The position numbers and the translations under genes are program-made. From assembly GCA_977020255.1 (NCBI GenBank), contig CDROCS010002686.1, forward strand, positions 248,001 to 312,000: a stretch of DNA of 64,000 nt, in the 5' to 3' direction. Below are positions 46,200-61,084 of the stretch, piece after piece (positions within the stretch are counted from its first letter, which is position 1; every line of letters begins with the position of its first letter). The notes beneath the pieces are model-generated. The model did not search any database and was not told the origin of the DNA. It saw nothing but the letters and a program-made list of their open reading frames with translations. The stretch is from Obrimoposthia wandeli (Eukaryota).

Positions 46200-46860
46200 A
46201 GAATTTTCTGACAAATCATATCGCATAAGTGGCAACATCCGGTTTCGTCAGATACTCGGAAGAGTCATCAGTGTCCACACGGACAGGGGTCGCGCTGCAA
46301 TTAGTCGCATTCGGCATCGACCGACATCCGGACCGAGCGGTAAGATTGTGGAATTAGTGCCTAATTGGGAGTGAAGGTCGACAGTCGTGAGTCGCTGAAA
46401 GTCGCAAGCAATTCACAAAGTCAGCGAATTTCACACGAACGAGGCCGTGCAGTGACAGTCGGTCTCGCTTCATAATCGGAGGAGTTATCAGCCTCTGCAC
46501 TAACGGAAGCCGCACCACAACCAGTCGCATCTAGCATCGACCGACATTGGACCTAGGGATTTCATTAGCGAATCGAGTAAATATAAAATGTGATTGTTAT
46601 TCATTTTGTTGACGAAAGAATTACAGACATCAGCATAGTTACAATAATTGCAAGTTGAATTTGAATCGAAGCAGAGGATATTCGGTGAGTTTAAGCCAGC
46701 CAACCAAGTAGATAACCAGTAGATAACCAGTAGATAACCAGGAATCGAACAACAGAAGAGCAACCACCTATAGAACCATGAGTGATTTAAGCAACTCCAA
46801 CAACTAGATAGAACGTGCAAGCAAACCTAACGACAAACTATCCAGGAGAAATCGTTAGAC
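46200..46860 (+). mobile_element. GC-richer segment with internal direct repeats, probable retroelement leader
   Basis: AGTCGCAT..GCATCGACCGACAT..GGACC at 46303 and 46523; (AGTAGATAACC)3 at 46707-46739; no ORF. Confidence 0.35.
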
Positions 46861-46999
46861 ATTCACTCACATAATAAGTCATATTACAATGACACCAAAC
46901 TCTTCTCAATCACGGATGTCCGCCAAGCACTGGGAAAATCGAATAATTGTTTCAGGAACTTTTAAGTCATTCACAATTTAGTTATCAGATATAAGGCAA

Positions 47000-49900
47000 A
47001 ATATTACTTATTCAAACGATAACTACTTTGATTAAAAATTGTTAGTCCAGAAATTCAATAATTAATAGATTTTTGAAGAGCTTAAATTTAGTTTCCAACC
47101 CAACAAGAGATTTATTAAATTTATTATACTCATTATTGATATGGTTAACTTTTGAAGTTTTGTTGATATACTCTTACTTTCTCAAAATGGATTTGAATTT
47201 CAAAAATATGCGAATTTATTGGTATCTCATGACTTCAGTAAATATAATTATGCTTCTTAACCTCTTCATTTAAATAAAAATGGGCTTTATAACTGAACAG
47301 TATCTCTAGAAAACCTTTCTGTTTAATAAGCAATTCTAACATTTATTCTGCAATTGATAAACGACAAGAGATATCTCCAGGAAGTATTTGGACACATTCA
47401 GTGTGACATCTTTTATAAATTTCTCTTGAAATTCTATATAATGAAAATTGGTCAATATTAGTTTGTTTCTTCTGATTATCTCGTAGAAGTTGTTAGCTTA
47501 TCAATTAAAACCTGTAGTTGAACAGGACCTCTTATTTAGGAGCTTTAACGTAATTTATAGCAATTACATAAATTCGTAGAACAGTACGATTGTTTTTGTC
47601 TTTACTTGTCATAATCAATGTACCATCTTTAGTATTTAAAAATTCCTGTGTTTATCCCAAATCACATTTATTCATAATCACAACATTTAATTTATTCATA
47701 CCAAATCTGATAATTAAGATTCAACACATAATAAACACAACTGTACCACTGTGAATAACATTATTTAGCCAGCCATACAAACAACACACTTTAAAGTGCA
47801 TACATTCTTCTGGCCTCTAATTGGCCCAATTCAAACTTCATTTGAATTTTAACTCAATAATTGACTGATTGCTGATTAAGCAAAAGTGTCTTAATCAGCA
47901 ATTAGTCCTCAACATACTTTCTATGATCAGATCTAATCATCAACCAAAACAGCAACTTAAGATCAATTTCCCTAAATCAAGGACTTAATAGCTAATTTTC
48001 ATATTTTTTAAAATATTAAATCAATCCAATTTTCTTATTGTTTTCTTTCAGTGATTTCTACTGTCCCCGATCTTCGTGAATATATATCCACATGAGTTTT
48101 CTTCGTTGGAATCTACTTTAATTGATTTGTTTCTGTTTTCTCCGAAATGATCTCTACTTGATTTGCTACAATTGATTTATATATTTTTAATAAACTTTTA
48201 CTTGGTTATATATCCCTGACACATCACACATTACTCCAATTCTTCTCTCTCTGAATCCTACAAGTTTCCTATTTAAGTCAATTTGCAATTTTGGCTCACA
48301 ATAAATAATGTAATTCAATTTTTTTTCCATAGCTAATCGTAGCTTGGCCAATAACAATTAAACCATGGTTATGTTCTTGTTAATGTGGTAGATAGCAACG
48401 GGTACCCTGTAACTCCCTCCCGTTCAACAACTGAATACACTTTATTTAACCCACTCCGAGATTACATTGTCACACTTTGTTCTTTAGCTGCTCATCCTCA
48501 GTCAACCATCTTTGCATACTTTGCAATTCTCTCATAGAGTTTCTCCCACTTACCCTTCTCTTCCTGAGTTCCTGTCCACGGAATTTTGGTAGTAAATCGT
48601 TTTTTGATTTTTACCAACTCCAAACGTTTGGTATATCTCTATCTCGCTCATTCAATTCACAACCATCGTTAGTCACTTATTCGATTTATCAAAATTGTCC
48701 CAGCTGATGCTTGAACAGACCCTATCTGACTAAGATATTGTCTTCCACTCTCAACTGTCCAATTCATCTCCATTCCAGTGGAGTTTCCTAGACATTGCCT
48801 TGTTGCGTCTACCTCTCCTTTTCTCTATACAAGTATACATCTTCACCATATTTGTACCTATGAGCATCTCCATCAATTTCTTGCTAGTTTCTAACAGGAA
48901 ATTAAAATTCCTCAAATGCGGTTAATTGTTTAACTTCAAACCATTCTCTGACTCGTAGATTTTCAGTCACTTCTTTACTAGTGAACGCACTGACATTTCT
49001 TTCAAAAGACCGTTCCAGATTTTCAATTTCAAAATATATTTTCTTACATGTCACCTCCTTCATTATTCTTCCAATTACTCCGATTAAGAGTTTACTTTTA
49101 ATTCTGCCCCACCCTAAATAATCTGCCATAGTCTGACTATTATAACTGGTGGTGATGGCATCATCCAATAAAGGATGGATTTTAATTTCCTTTAATCTAT
49201 TTTTTATTATCACCTGAATTGTTCACAAGGTTACCCTCGTTTTCTGTTGAACTTGTAAATGCGTCTAGTCCATCAGATTAGTCTGTCTTCTTATACTACC
49301 TTGATCTGTCATTTACAGTTTAATATGTAAAAGCCAATGATGTCTTTTACTAAATCCATTTATATATCATAATTGTCCGCGGTTACAATTTTTTGCTCAA
49401 TTGTCATTTCTTTTAACATTTATTATACAGTCATTTTACTTTTACTATTTTCCATCGTTCTTTCATAACAAAAACATATACGCAATGCACTGGTCAGTAT
49501 AATGTTCTTGTATACAATTTTGACAATACTTTCTACTGATTTTTGTTTACTTTTTCTTATAATAAATTCGATTTTTGTCCATTACATTGGCTTGGCTCAC
49601 GTTTGTATGAAGCTTGTTTGGTTTATCTGTCCTCACATCTATCTGTCGTACTATTTTATCTGCGTTTCTCTAATCCTATGTGTTTTGCTGGGCCCATTTC
49701 AGCAATTTTTCAATCGAATCTTTCTGTACAAACTTGAAGGCTTAATTTCCGCCGATTCAAAACAATAGCTGTTAACTCTTCATCTTCAACCACGCTGACA
49801 GAAATCACAATAACGTGGGGAATCTCTTGGAGTGTATAAATTGTCTAGACATCCAATTCTGCCACTTCAAAACTATAGTCGTCAACGCTCCACTATCAAC

Positions 49901-50700
49901 ATATTCAGAATAGGGCGATTTTGTTAGTGAACTTACTTTAAAACTAGAATGAAAGTTTGAATGTTTTCTTCTTTTTTGAACATATGATGTGCGCATCTTT
50001 AACTTTGCATTTTTACCTGTGTCAGTATTGATAGAATCTTCATTCTGTCAATAACTTTAAGTTCGTTCAATTTTTTTTTTTTTTTTTTTTTACGATTTTT
50101 AATAGTAATTTTCATCTCTTTGCCAAATGTTTTCATAGCGTCCAAAATATAATCCACACCAGCTACTTCATCATTTCGCGATATAACCATACCAACGCCA
50201 CTGCTACCACTTTTCTCGCCTTTGCCTTTCTTAACCAAGGTATCATTTTTGTTTGCCCAAATCCCAACTATTCATAATCATGACATAATTTATACATACA
50301 CTCGTTGCAACTTACTAAATTGAATCTAGAAAGTTATTAGATAAATTCCGGCTTAATTGTACTTAAATTCCAAATTACAGTACAATAAGTCACCCGACAA
50401 TTGGTTCAAATTGCTATCTGAAACATGTAGTAGTTGCACTTACTAAGTTTCTTTATTCAACTTAGTAAGTTACACAGAGTGTACCACTCTGACCATTACG
50501 ATTCAACACACAATCAACACGATTATACCACTGTGGGAATTACATAAGGTTTGGCTATTATATTATATAGCCAGGCACCCCAACAACAAGTAATTTAAAG
50601 TACATAAATTATTCTGAGCTCTAATTGGTACTATTAAAATTTCATTTGTATTTTGACTGGACAATTGACTAATTGCTGATTAAGAAAAATACTTTTAAAA
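47000..50700 (-). mobile_element. Two tandem, related LTR-retrotransposon relics
   Basis: Diverged direct repeats 47718-47880 and 50500-50684, each containing ACA-GTGGTA (LTR end/PBS-like) on the minus strand; aspartic-protease-like YVDSGA near 49890 and INTG near 47610. Confidence 0.45.
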
Positions 50701-51879
50701 AAAAATAAACAACGATATTAAGAAATTTTCGTACCTTTTCATAAATATTCCTTAATTTTCTTTCGAACAATAATTGTTCTTCTGTAGCATTCAATCCCAA
50801 ATACGATTTATATTCAAATTATCAATTTTCAAATAATTTATAAGTGAAGCTTTTTATATTTGTAAAATTCAGCATAGTACACAACTTCAAAATCGCAAGA
50901 AATAAAATGTGCAGTAGTGTAAAGCAAGTAAACATGATAAAGGATTTCAGTTTAAAATATCGTCGCAAATTGATGATCATACTAACCTCCACTCATATTA
51001 TCAAGTTACACATTCAATTTAGCAATTTTTCTGTGAAATTAAAACCTAATGATTATGCAAAAGTTTTGAAATTCTAGCTAGATAAAGCCAGTCTACACAC
51101 TTCAAGGTCATCATACAATTGGTTTCAAATTAGTAGCTATACTCATTATTAGTCCTCAATTTTTTTTGGTTGAATTTAATTTTTTGATATTTGACCTTTC
51201 ATGTTCTATAGGGCTCTTAATAAATTTTTTGCACTAAATAAAATAAATCTTTTAATTTTCTTTATGAATGTTTTTTTAATTTCATAGTTTATTTTTTCTA
51301 CAGTAAGGAATAATTCCCATTGGTATTCTTTAATTTTTAATTATTTTAACTTTAAAGGTTAATACTATTAAATTGACGACGAGTTTATGATTAATATTTG
51401 CTAAGTATACATTTAAATTATTTAAAAAGTGGTTTTAAATAAGTTAAATACAATTTTGATTTTGCACATAAACAAACTATTTTAAAAGTCAAAATGTTTA
51501 TTAAATAGATAAATGTTTCAAAAATTATTTCGAACTTCAAAATAGTTCTAATGTATTAATAACAATAACTTTAGTTTATTTATATGAAAATATTAGAATA
51601 AATTATTTATATATAAAGTATAGAAACACCTAAAAATACAAAATTTAAGATTTATAATATAAATTATCATTGCATTTAATAAGTTTATTTATTTTCTTCA
51701 AATGTCAAAGTTTGACTAAGGTAATAAATTGTATGTATTTTATTTATTTTTTCAATTTAGCATATCTCTTATGAAACAGTATTGTAAATTTGAAAAGTTA
51801 AAGATTTAAATAACGTGTTTTAACTATATCGAGTTATTGGGATGACAATAATGGATCCAACATTACTGGTAGATTACCA

Positions 51880-52430
51880 ATAAATACAAAAAGGAACGAT
51901 TATTAGGTTAGACCACAAAGCCTACAAAAGAAGAGTATACTTATCCGATATCCACGGCAGTAAAAATACAGCATATAGACTGTTAAACAATGATTAAATA
52001 GTCTATCAAACCTCACAAAGTACCTTCCCTGTCTCAAAAACATCGAGATATACGAGTATTCTAGGAAAAACTTAACCGCAACATTGATTTCTCAAAAAAC
52101 ATGATTTATACAGATGAAAAGGTCCAGATGCTTGGATTCACAAAGAGTATTATCACTCCTAATGAGTTGGTGTGGTGCGGATGTGTCAGCATAAGTAGAA
52201 TCCATCATGTTCAACGAATAGTAAGGCTATTTGACTAGGGATTAAGCTAACGAAGCTAATTAAAACACATTAATTTTGATTAACTTAATTTCAAATGAAA
52301 CTTTGGATAAATGAGACAATAAATTTTTATTGTATGTGTTTTTTAGGATTATTCTGAATTTTCCCGGTGGACTCCAGCTGTGGATTAGCTGGCCCGTCTC
52401 AGATAAATTACATAATATACGAGACAACTG
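51880..52430 (+). mobile_element. Tc1/Tc3-like transposase fossil
   Basis: KVPSLSQKHRDIR, NMIYTDEK, ISWPVS. Confidence 0.55.
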
Positions 52431-54079
52431 ACAAATCTATCAGACACTTACCAGTGGGATAATTTTTAAATATGATTAAATGAAAGAAAAGTAATATTTA
52501 AAATTATTATTATATGAGTAATTTTATTCGTAATAGGGCATGTAATTGGCATGGGAACTATATAGGTTATAATAAACCAAATTTTAAGTGGGATCTTTTG
52601 CTGTTTAAATATGATCAAAAATATATTAAAAAATTATATTCCTATTCAATTTCATCTTCATCAAATTGTCTAATTTCTTAATTTATCTCAAAATAGAATC
52701 AAAAATAGCGCATTTTTTTTCTTATATGAGTCGATTACTGACTTGTTTAAGGTTTAATGAAAATTTTGTAATGCAGTCTGAATGTTAATTTTGACTGTTT
52801 TCATTCACACTTAAAAAATACTTTGATGAAAGTAACTGCAAATACGATGTATTTTGTACAGATCCAGAAAACCTTCATCAGGAACTAGATATTCGCTTAA
52901 AACATATTAAGTGTCTGAAAACAAGTCTTTGAGTTTAATATGAACGCATTAGATTCAGAAGAAGAAATATTGAAAGCATCTGAAAAACATATATGGAATT
53001 TTCTCAGTGAAAACAAGTACCATACTTTGAGATCAATAATTCTTTGTTTGTCAGATTTTTTGGAGCAACTTAATTCTGCGAGGCGAAAAATTCGGAAAAA
53101 GAAGATACAGAAACTGTTAAATAACTGTTTTCAGAAATTATAAACCGTCTCTTAGCCAATTATATCAAAATATATAGTGAACATATGATTCTCAATATCA
53201 AATCCAATAAAAAGTATTTATGGTAAATGTATTAAATTTAGTTTTCTATCTTTGTTTTAATTTATACCTTACCTAAATTTATGGTTTATTATGATAGTCA
53301 ATCACCAAATAATGTTAGGTCTCTAAGGTCGACCATCGAGTCAATAAGTCTAGTCACCAGTAATATTTGATAAAACGTTTAATCTAAGAAATATTTAATT
53401 ATTAATTTCTAAAGCATATAATCACATAAACATTTCTATTTTACTCGCTACTAATTATTTACTCAACCACTTTCAAAAATTTCTGCTTCTAAATATTTAC
53501 AATACCTCTCTGAAGCTCTCCTGAAAAATTAATCGAAATAGCTTATTTGCTTTTATACCCAGAATGTCATTATATATTTGACCTTTGTAAATCAAACCGA
53601 GAAAAAAACTAATATCAAACAGATGGAATTATTGGAGCTGGTCTCGACATTTGTCATATGGCTTTATTGAGCAGTCACATGTAACAAATCAATAATCAGT
53701 GGAATTTAAAGTAAAAAATGACCATCAGAATTAAAGTCATGTGTAAAGCGAAATTTGAAATATACATTATTGAAAGTGATCTTAGTGAGATTTTAGAAAT
53801 TGATTTTGGATTACTAATTAATTCTGATAAAGATTGAAATCATTACTCATATGTTTCTCTAGAGTCACCATATCACTGGCTTAATTACGTCATATTGTAG
53901 TTTGCTAAATATGGTTTTACAACTAGAAAATGCGACAAACTTTAATAATTTAAAAAATTATGCATAAAATACTTTTTCAAAATAATTATTTGTATGCTTG
54001 TTTATTGATTTGTTATTTAAATTTTTCATACAATTCATAGTGTTAAAGAAGTTACAGTACATTCTTTACGATGGAGCTT

Positions 54080-55020
54080 TTATCTATGTTAGATCGAGAC
54101 ACCATAATATTTGATTTATATTAGAAACATCAAGCACAAGACAAGTCTTTCACTGTTAATCGCTTTGTATCGATGTATTCAGAAAGGAGTCTGATATAGT
54201 TCTAAAAATAGAAGAGGTAAAGCTTATTTCACGAAAAGTAGGAACAGAATGAAAAGTCATCAAAATGCCTTCTAAGAAAGTCAAAATATTGGTTAAAAAC
54301 ATGAAGGAACGTATAAGTGTAAAACAGACAAAGATGGAGAGTAAGTTTGGAATCAGCCAAAAATACATTCAAAAGATTCTTAAGAAGTCAAATCTGAAAT
54401 ACTACTAAAGAATTCCTGTTCCCAAAAGGAATGAAACAATAAAGAAATATTTCAGTTAAATGGCGACGAATTTAGTGCTAATAGAGAATTTATACTGGCA
54501 ACAAACATTTATGCCTTCATAATATTCGCTTCAAGGAAAGATAGAAGTTTCCTCCTCCTGTTTTAGTGTGGTCAGCAATTACAGAAGATGATTTGGTAAG
54601 TCAACCTTTTTTCATGGATAGTGTATACATGACAGGTGACATCTATCTAAATGAATGCATTAAAAATGTACTGCTCTCTTATGTCAACTCTAAGCACTAG
54701 GAAACAATTGTTTGGCCTGATGGAGCAACAGCTCATTACAAGAAGTGTGCCCCTGATTTTTTGAAAGATAAAAATTCACTTTGTGGTTCAGAAAGACAAT
54801 TATCCAAAGGTTCCTGAACCTTGACCAATTGAGCACTTTTGGTCGCTTCTCAAGGTAAAGGTGTATGAAAATGGTTGGATAGCCAGACACAGTTAATTAG
54901 GATAAGAATGGAACTTAAAGATGTCGATATGGTAGTTAATCAACAAATGATGTCCAATGTTAAAACTAAAGTTAGTATTGTTGCTGATCATGGAATTGTT
55001 AGCATTTTAAATTATTAAAA
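54080..55020 (+). mobile_element. IS630-Tc1-mariner transposase fossil
   Basis: FPPPVLVWSAITE, YLNECIKNVLL, WPDGATAHY, PIEHFWSLLKVKVYENGW across frames. Confidence 0.75.
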
Positions 55021-55199
55021 TAATTAAATTAAATCTATATTTAGAAAATTAAATCGCAAATACGATAAATAGATTTCATTCAGAAAGTAATTTAGTACAC
55101 ACGTTACTACTCAACGTTTTAAGTAAATAAACTTATGCTAAAATTTAAATTTAAAATATTGTATTAGGACAAAAAGGCCATTGTTATCCAAACTTCAAC

Positions 55200-55510
55200 T
55201 GAGAGCACAGTTGTATTGTCTGAAGCCGAAGTCTTGGATGAAGAATGCTTGATCGCATTGCTGGTTCCTTCAACTGCAAGTCCTACACTCCCAGATTAGA
55301 TCCGGCGCTCCTTTTGGCTGTGTAAGGGTCTGAATATCAGATGCGCAGAGGAAGGTTGCAGCAAGACTTACAAGGCAATATAGCGAACGTACATGGAAAG
55401 GCACGAGTATAAGATACATGGGTCCGAACAGGATGGCTTATTTATCAGCTGTTACTACGTCGTCATTGTTAACGAACGGGGATTTTATCAACACAGTAGG
55501 TGTCATTAAT
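55200..55510 (+). pseudogene. C2H2 zinc-finger fragment, possibly the N-terminus of an R2/NeSL-type retrotransposon ORF
   Basis: IRCAEEGCSKTYKAI*RTYMERHEYKIHG followed by a degenerate second finger; in-frame stops. Confidence 0.4.
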
Positions 55511-55689
55511 ATTGCATAAACCTAAACATCATCGACACAAATATTCGAGTGTTCTATGAAGAAAATAATCTGCTAAAACTGCTTGCCCCAAAAAACGCAA
55601 GTTCAAAACATAGTATTTTACATAAAAACATAGAACGTAAAAATTATAGTAAGAATGAGACATTTAAATAAAGGAATATTTTGTACGGT

Positions 55690-56080
55690 TTATAATATAT
55701 ATTTAAAATGTTTCCCTTTATACTCCTCGTTAATTCAATTCTGTGTGGCAAATTAGCTAATGTAATACTAAATTGAACTATAAAAGCTTTCACACTCTTC
55801 GAGTACTCTTTGTTTCAGTTGAGGGATAGCTGTTGATGAGTTGTGATCAAATATTCGACCTCTAAGCGTAACTCAAAACCAATAGTCTACTGGCGTTAGG
55901 TAATGAGATTTAGCTGGCCCATTGATGTTACACACATGTGAATGATCTGATCAACATCATATGTTTTATCTAGATAAGCACGAACATTGTAGGAATAATG
56001 AATGCCCCATCTTACATAGAAACTGTGAAGGACAACTTTCTCATTCTCGTTAAGGTTGGTCTCACCTTATTTCAGTCCTT
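55690..56080 (-). mobile_element. Mariner/Tc3-like transposase 3' fragment
   Basis: DGA..HY..VRAYLD, DYWF*VTLRGRIF, LKQRVLEEC, NLPHRIEL..GKHF. Confidence 0.6.
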
Positions 56081-57989
56081 ATTATATTTGATAAGTTTTA
56101 ATGCAATAAAAACTATTAAAAAAATTAACAACTAATTTAAATTATTGGTTATTTAATTAGATTTAGAAAGAGAAGATATGGCTTTTATTTAGATACGCGC
56201 AGAAAATATTTAATGTCTCAAAATCAATCACAAATATGGTGGAAATGATAATGGGAAGGAAGCAGTTTTGAGGTGATTTACAGTAAATTGTCTCAAAATA
56301 ATATTTTTCAATTTAATTTTTAGTTTAAACTTTAACATAACGTTTCTTACTTAAAACGTTGAGTAGTAACGTGTATACTAAATTAGTTTTTGAATGAAAT
56401 CTATTTATGGTATTTGGTAACTTCAATGTCGACGAGAAATAATAAAATCTGTATTCACTCTTTATAACATAGGTGATGAAATTATAAAATACACTCAGTA
56501 AAATTGAATTCAATAGATATAAAGTTGAATTCCATAACCTATAGAAAAATGAAATTAACAATTAACACACACTAATAAAAACTTACCATTCAACATAAAT
56601 GAATAATATGGCGCACAATCAATTCCATAAATATCTGGACGCATACACACACTAACATGAATGGGTAGAAAACAAGTTGGTGGGGGATTTTAATACATAG
56701 GAAGATAAAACAAAATGAATACCATAACGGAATGTGAATACCATAAAAGAAAACGACCACAATTCAGTTTTTTATGTGTTATTTGACGTTTAGGACGAAT
56801 TTATGGGCATGAAAAGGTAATATAAGCAATATATTTTGAATTTTTAATCATAAATAGGGCTGAAAATGAATCAGAAAGTACAGTTAAAATATTCACATTT
56901 CGTGAAAAAATCAAAAAATGTTAGGTTTAGGATATGTTTTTGGTTAGTTCAACGATTTTAGGTACTCTTTAGAGGATAAACCAATACTAGTGGACGCCTA
57001 AATGAACCAGAAGAATGTTTTGCACGACAACTAAGAATAAATAAACGCTATGCAAGATTTATCGTATTCAGATTTATACAAACAAGATTGTTAGAGGTCC
57101 GCGAGACAGTTCAAAGCCCAAAATTACAGTGGCAGCATGAAACTTGCGAATGATTGAATGAGATAAATCTTCGAAATATGGTGAATTTTCTAGAGGCTCA
57201 GTCAATCCGGTGTACACCAATGACCTTGTCCAATTTTCTGCATGGAAAAATGGTTAGTTTCTGACTTAACAGGTACACAGAAAGAAAATAAACAGTTATG
57301 TTATACTTGAAGATCGAGTAAAAAATATGGCTAAGATTGTGGAGGAGGAGCTCAGGCTTGAAGATTACAAAGATATGCAAGCTTACTACAAGCATATAAA
57401 AATATGTTTGAAAAAAGTTATAAAGAAGAAGTGTTTACCATCCAATTAATAAATTACTCACTTTGTTATTTCTGTTTTTGATTTGATTCTAACAATCATA
57501 TAAATAGCAATATATCCAGCTTGTAGCCAACTTTTAGCCATCTTTATTGTCTTTGTTCTGCAGTTTTACATCCATTTTACACCCAGTCGTTGATACACCT
57601 ATTGTAGATTATTTAATATTTAACATATCTTCATTTTTTAATCTAATTTCCCGTATAGATAAGGAAAGGATCATAAAATGTTATGATGAAGGACATGATT
57701 ATGTCTCATTAGCTAATATGTTGGGCTACCAGTGCGAAATAAGTTTTAAACCACTTAAATCATTTTGTAATTACATTAGTAATAAAATGATCTAATCACG
57801 TTTAAATGATTCTAACTTAGTTATTGACTTATTATAACTTACTAAGTTACAATAGGTGTATTGAGATTTACAACTGAGTTACTCAATTTGATTGGGTGTA
57901 TCCAAATAATTACGAATAATACAAATAATTGTGTGAGAGTGTGTTAGTTTCTTGTGCTGATGCAGTAAGCATATATATATATATGCATA

Positions 57990-58180
57990 TTAAAATCACA
58001 ATGATGACTACAGATTGGTTAAGAAATTCCCAAAAATCAAACATAGTGATGGAATGTTTGAAATTTATTCTCCTTCTTTTTTCAACAATTTAAAGAGGAC
58101 AATAAGAAATGGCAACTATTTTGAAACATTCATTAGGCCTCTGAAGACTTTTCCATTCAGTAAATATTACAAATAATAGT
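57990..58180 (+). mobile_element. L2/CR1-type LINE 3' fragment
   Basis: NDDYRLVKKFPKIKHSDGMFEIYSPSFFNNLKRTIRNGNYFE; homologous to 31917-32114 and 38589-38800. Confidence 0.6.
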
Positions 58181-60544
58181 AGAAAATAGGAACAAGATTT
58201 ATTAGAAATTAGTGCTATATTAAATACATTATTGTGATTATATTGTTATGAAAATATGTATAGTTTAAACCGTGTACAAAAATATGGCACTGGTCATAAT
58301 ATGCATTGTGCTTGGAAATATGACTTACAAAATGAGAATTTATCCAATATGCTTATTTCCTGCTTGAATAAAATCATTTAGTGTTCAATTGATCTTTTAA
58401 GATAAATACATTGCGCATAATTTTTGGCTTTCAATTTACTCTTGAACAATTAATTCTATCATTGAGTCAGTTGAATACCTTTGACTAGTCATGGACCGAT
58501 TCAAGAAATACTGATAGAGTTTTTGATCAACTGATAAACAGTTACGCTTTATTTCGCCAACGCACAAATTTAATTTCATATTGCCAAACGCATAAAAGCA
58601 TCACCAAATCAGGCAACATACTATTTTCATGTTGAGTGTGACACACAAAGCTACTTTGAAATATACAATCTTTTATTTATCAAAGTACTATACGTGATGT
58701 ATATTGTGAGAATGTAGTCTAATATAAACATTTAAAACGTTTTACCTTTCAATATATCTCTCATTTTGCTCACACATTTCTTTAATCTTTCAACCATCTT
58801 TGAATTACAATTACTGAAAAAGATAGGTTTATTTTTGAAATAAATAACTAAAAATGTATAGTGGTGTTGATAGTCTGCAGCAAGACTATTTGGAAATTTG
58901 GTCCAATTCTGTAGAAACTGCGAGGTGAATTTCATAATTTGCTTCAAGAGCAAGGTAGGATTAATACTTAAATATCATTAACTTTGTAGATCTTATACGT
59001 TGATTTGTGTATATGATAAAACCCGTAGTTTTTAATTATAGAAAAGTCAGTTGAACACTTAAACATGATGTGTGCCCTGATTATACCAGAACTTTTGAAG
59101 TGATTTACTATTGTTACCCATTTGTGAATTTGAATGCAACTTTTGATTTTCTTGATATTATATGAATCTGGAGAATTATATAAAATATTCAATTTGACAA
59201 TTGCTTCTCTTTTTCCGATCGACATGTCAGCCCTAGAAACATTCTCACAAATATTCATTTCATACTTGAATTATTAATTTATCACTTTTCGGTTAATTGA
59301 ACTTTAAATTTTGATTATGATATATTTCCGGAAATTACTGTAATAATTCATTTTAATAATTGTCGATGAAAAAATGAAATAAATATAAAATCTTTTTGTT
59401 GCGTGTTAAACTTATTCAACTTTTTAATCGTGCTTAATTAGGCAGTTGAAATATCTGAGGAAAATTAGCAATGTAACAAAAATGTAAAAAGAATATAAAC
59501 AATCTACTAATTCTTTAAATAGAGGGCTATCGAAAGAGTAAATTATATAAGTTTTACACAATGTTAGCTTAATAAATAATTAAAAAAGGTCAAAGTTTGA
59601 AATCTAATGCTAATCGTACTATCAACTTAAAGAATGTTCAGGATCTGAGGTACTTTGTGATAGAAGATCTAAGGACTGTAAGCTGAAGAAAAATAAGGTG
59701 TAGATCATAAGGTACTTAATGAAAAGCGAAAAAGTACTAACTTCGTCAACATCCATTATTTTTGCATCAAAATTGAATGATAAATCCCAAATTTCATAAA
59801 AGAAAACGTAATAAAAGTTGCTACGGCATTTACTAACTGTAATTAGTGCAATAATCCTCAATAAAAGTCTTAGGCTGATTAAAATCTCGTGGATTGTGAC
59901 GATAAGCATAAGGTATATCAGCATGAATTTGTCAAAATGAGAAAAATTGTTCATACATTATCACTTTGTATAATACTCCACCCCAAAACTTTGATATGAC
60001 TTTTTCCATAATTTGGTGTTTACTGAAAAATTTCAGGAGATTGCAAATCAGAGCTAACACATTTTTCTTCAAATATTCAAAGTGATTTCCAATTTTCTTA
60101 CCTTGTTCTGCCAGTCAAATTATTGGGCCACAGTAGGTGGATGTGTCCGGTCTAATCCCCACCCTCCGGGGGGGGTCTACAACTGTCCTTTAAATCTGTG
60201 CATGTGTGTGGAGTGAAATTTCGTGCATGTGTGTCTCCATTTCACCCAAAAGGGGAAGGGTTGCTCCCCCCACATTTTTTAAAATTTTACTTAGAAATTT
60301 ACCACGAATCTCAAATGTGGTTAGAGAATACCATGGGAATCCATATTGGCCCGGCGGCTTATTGCAGACGAGATTTCCAATAATATGTGAATATATTACT
60401 ACTATTTTTAATAAAGATTTTAGATTACTACATGTTTTTGTTAAATATTTAAGTCAGATTTATAAGAGAAAAATTAGGCCAGATCTATATAATTTAGAGG
60501 AGAAAAAACAAATTACGAGTCAAAATTATTTTTTAAAACATTTA

Positions 60545-60937
60545 TTAAACATAAAACAACATATTGGCTTCACTCAAAGTCCAAAGAGGCTGCATTTTCC
60601 CGTCATCAGCAAAATATCCATTGAGACGTATTGAGATATTCCATAGTTCTTCATCTAGAATTGGAGCAATCAAATATCCTAGATCATCTTTAAAAGCCAG
60701 ACTGGGATCAGTTTCAAGCTGGAAACAATTTCCTTCATATACATAATCAGGAATGTAAAATCCCAAAATATTTTTCAATTGATCAATATCAGATGTTGTT
60801 AAATTTTCGATGAGATATATTTTCACAGGATTCATAACTCGTATAATTTGATGCCTCTTTAATATATTACATAGTTTTCCTTTTGAAATTCTTTCTGGAT
60901 AATAAAAATTTCATACACGTCTCAGAAGAGGATCCAT
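60545..60937 (-). pseudogene. ORF-A copy 2
   Basis: TGA at codon 9; in-frame 18-nt deletion (SKVENK) and a 6-nt gain near the start. Confidence 0.8.
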
Positions 60938-61084
60938 TCTAAAATAAGGAAACTGAATAAAAAACAATGTTTATAAAAAAATACACATAAGATACATATA
61001 AGATACAAATATTAAAAAAAATAAAACTGATTATTAAATGAAAGAAACATAGTAAAACCGATTACAATTTATTTCATGAAATAT

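Noticed and set aside
52790-53170. Possible host exon or hAT C-terminus (67-aa ORF)
   Set aside because: Only a weak W..Y..L resemblance, with an upstream frameshift and no splice support.
56900-59300. Further IS630/Tc1 HTH-like and MULE-like fragments
   Set aside because: Motifs too short or degraded to assign families or boundaries (apart from the LINE piece at 57990-58180).
59622-59954. 110-aa hydrophobic minus-strand ORF
   Set aside because: Composition expected for AT-rich antisense; the plus strand has weak integrase-like remnants instead.
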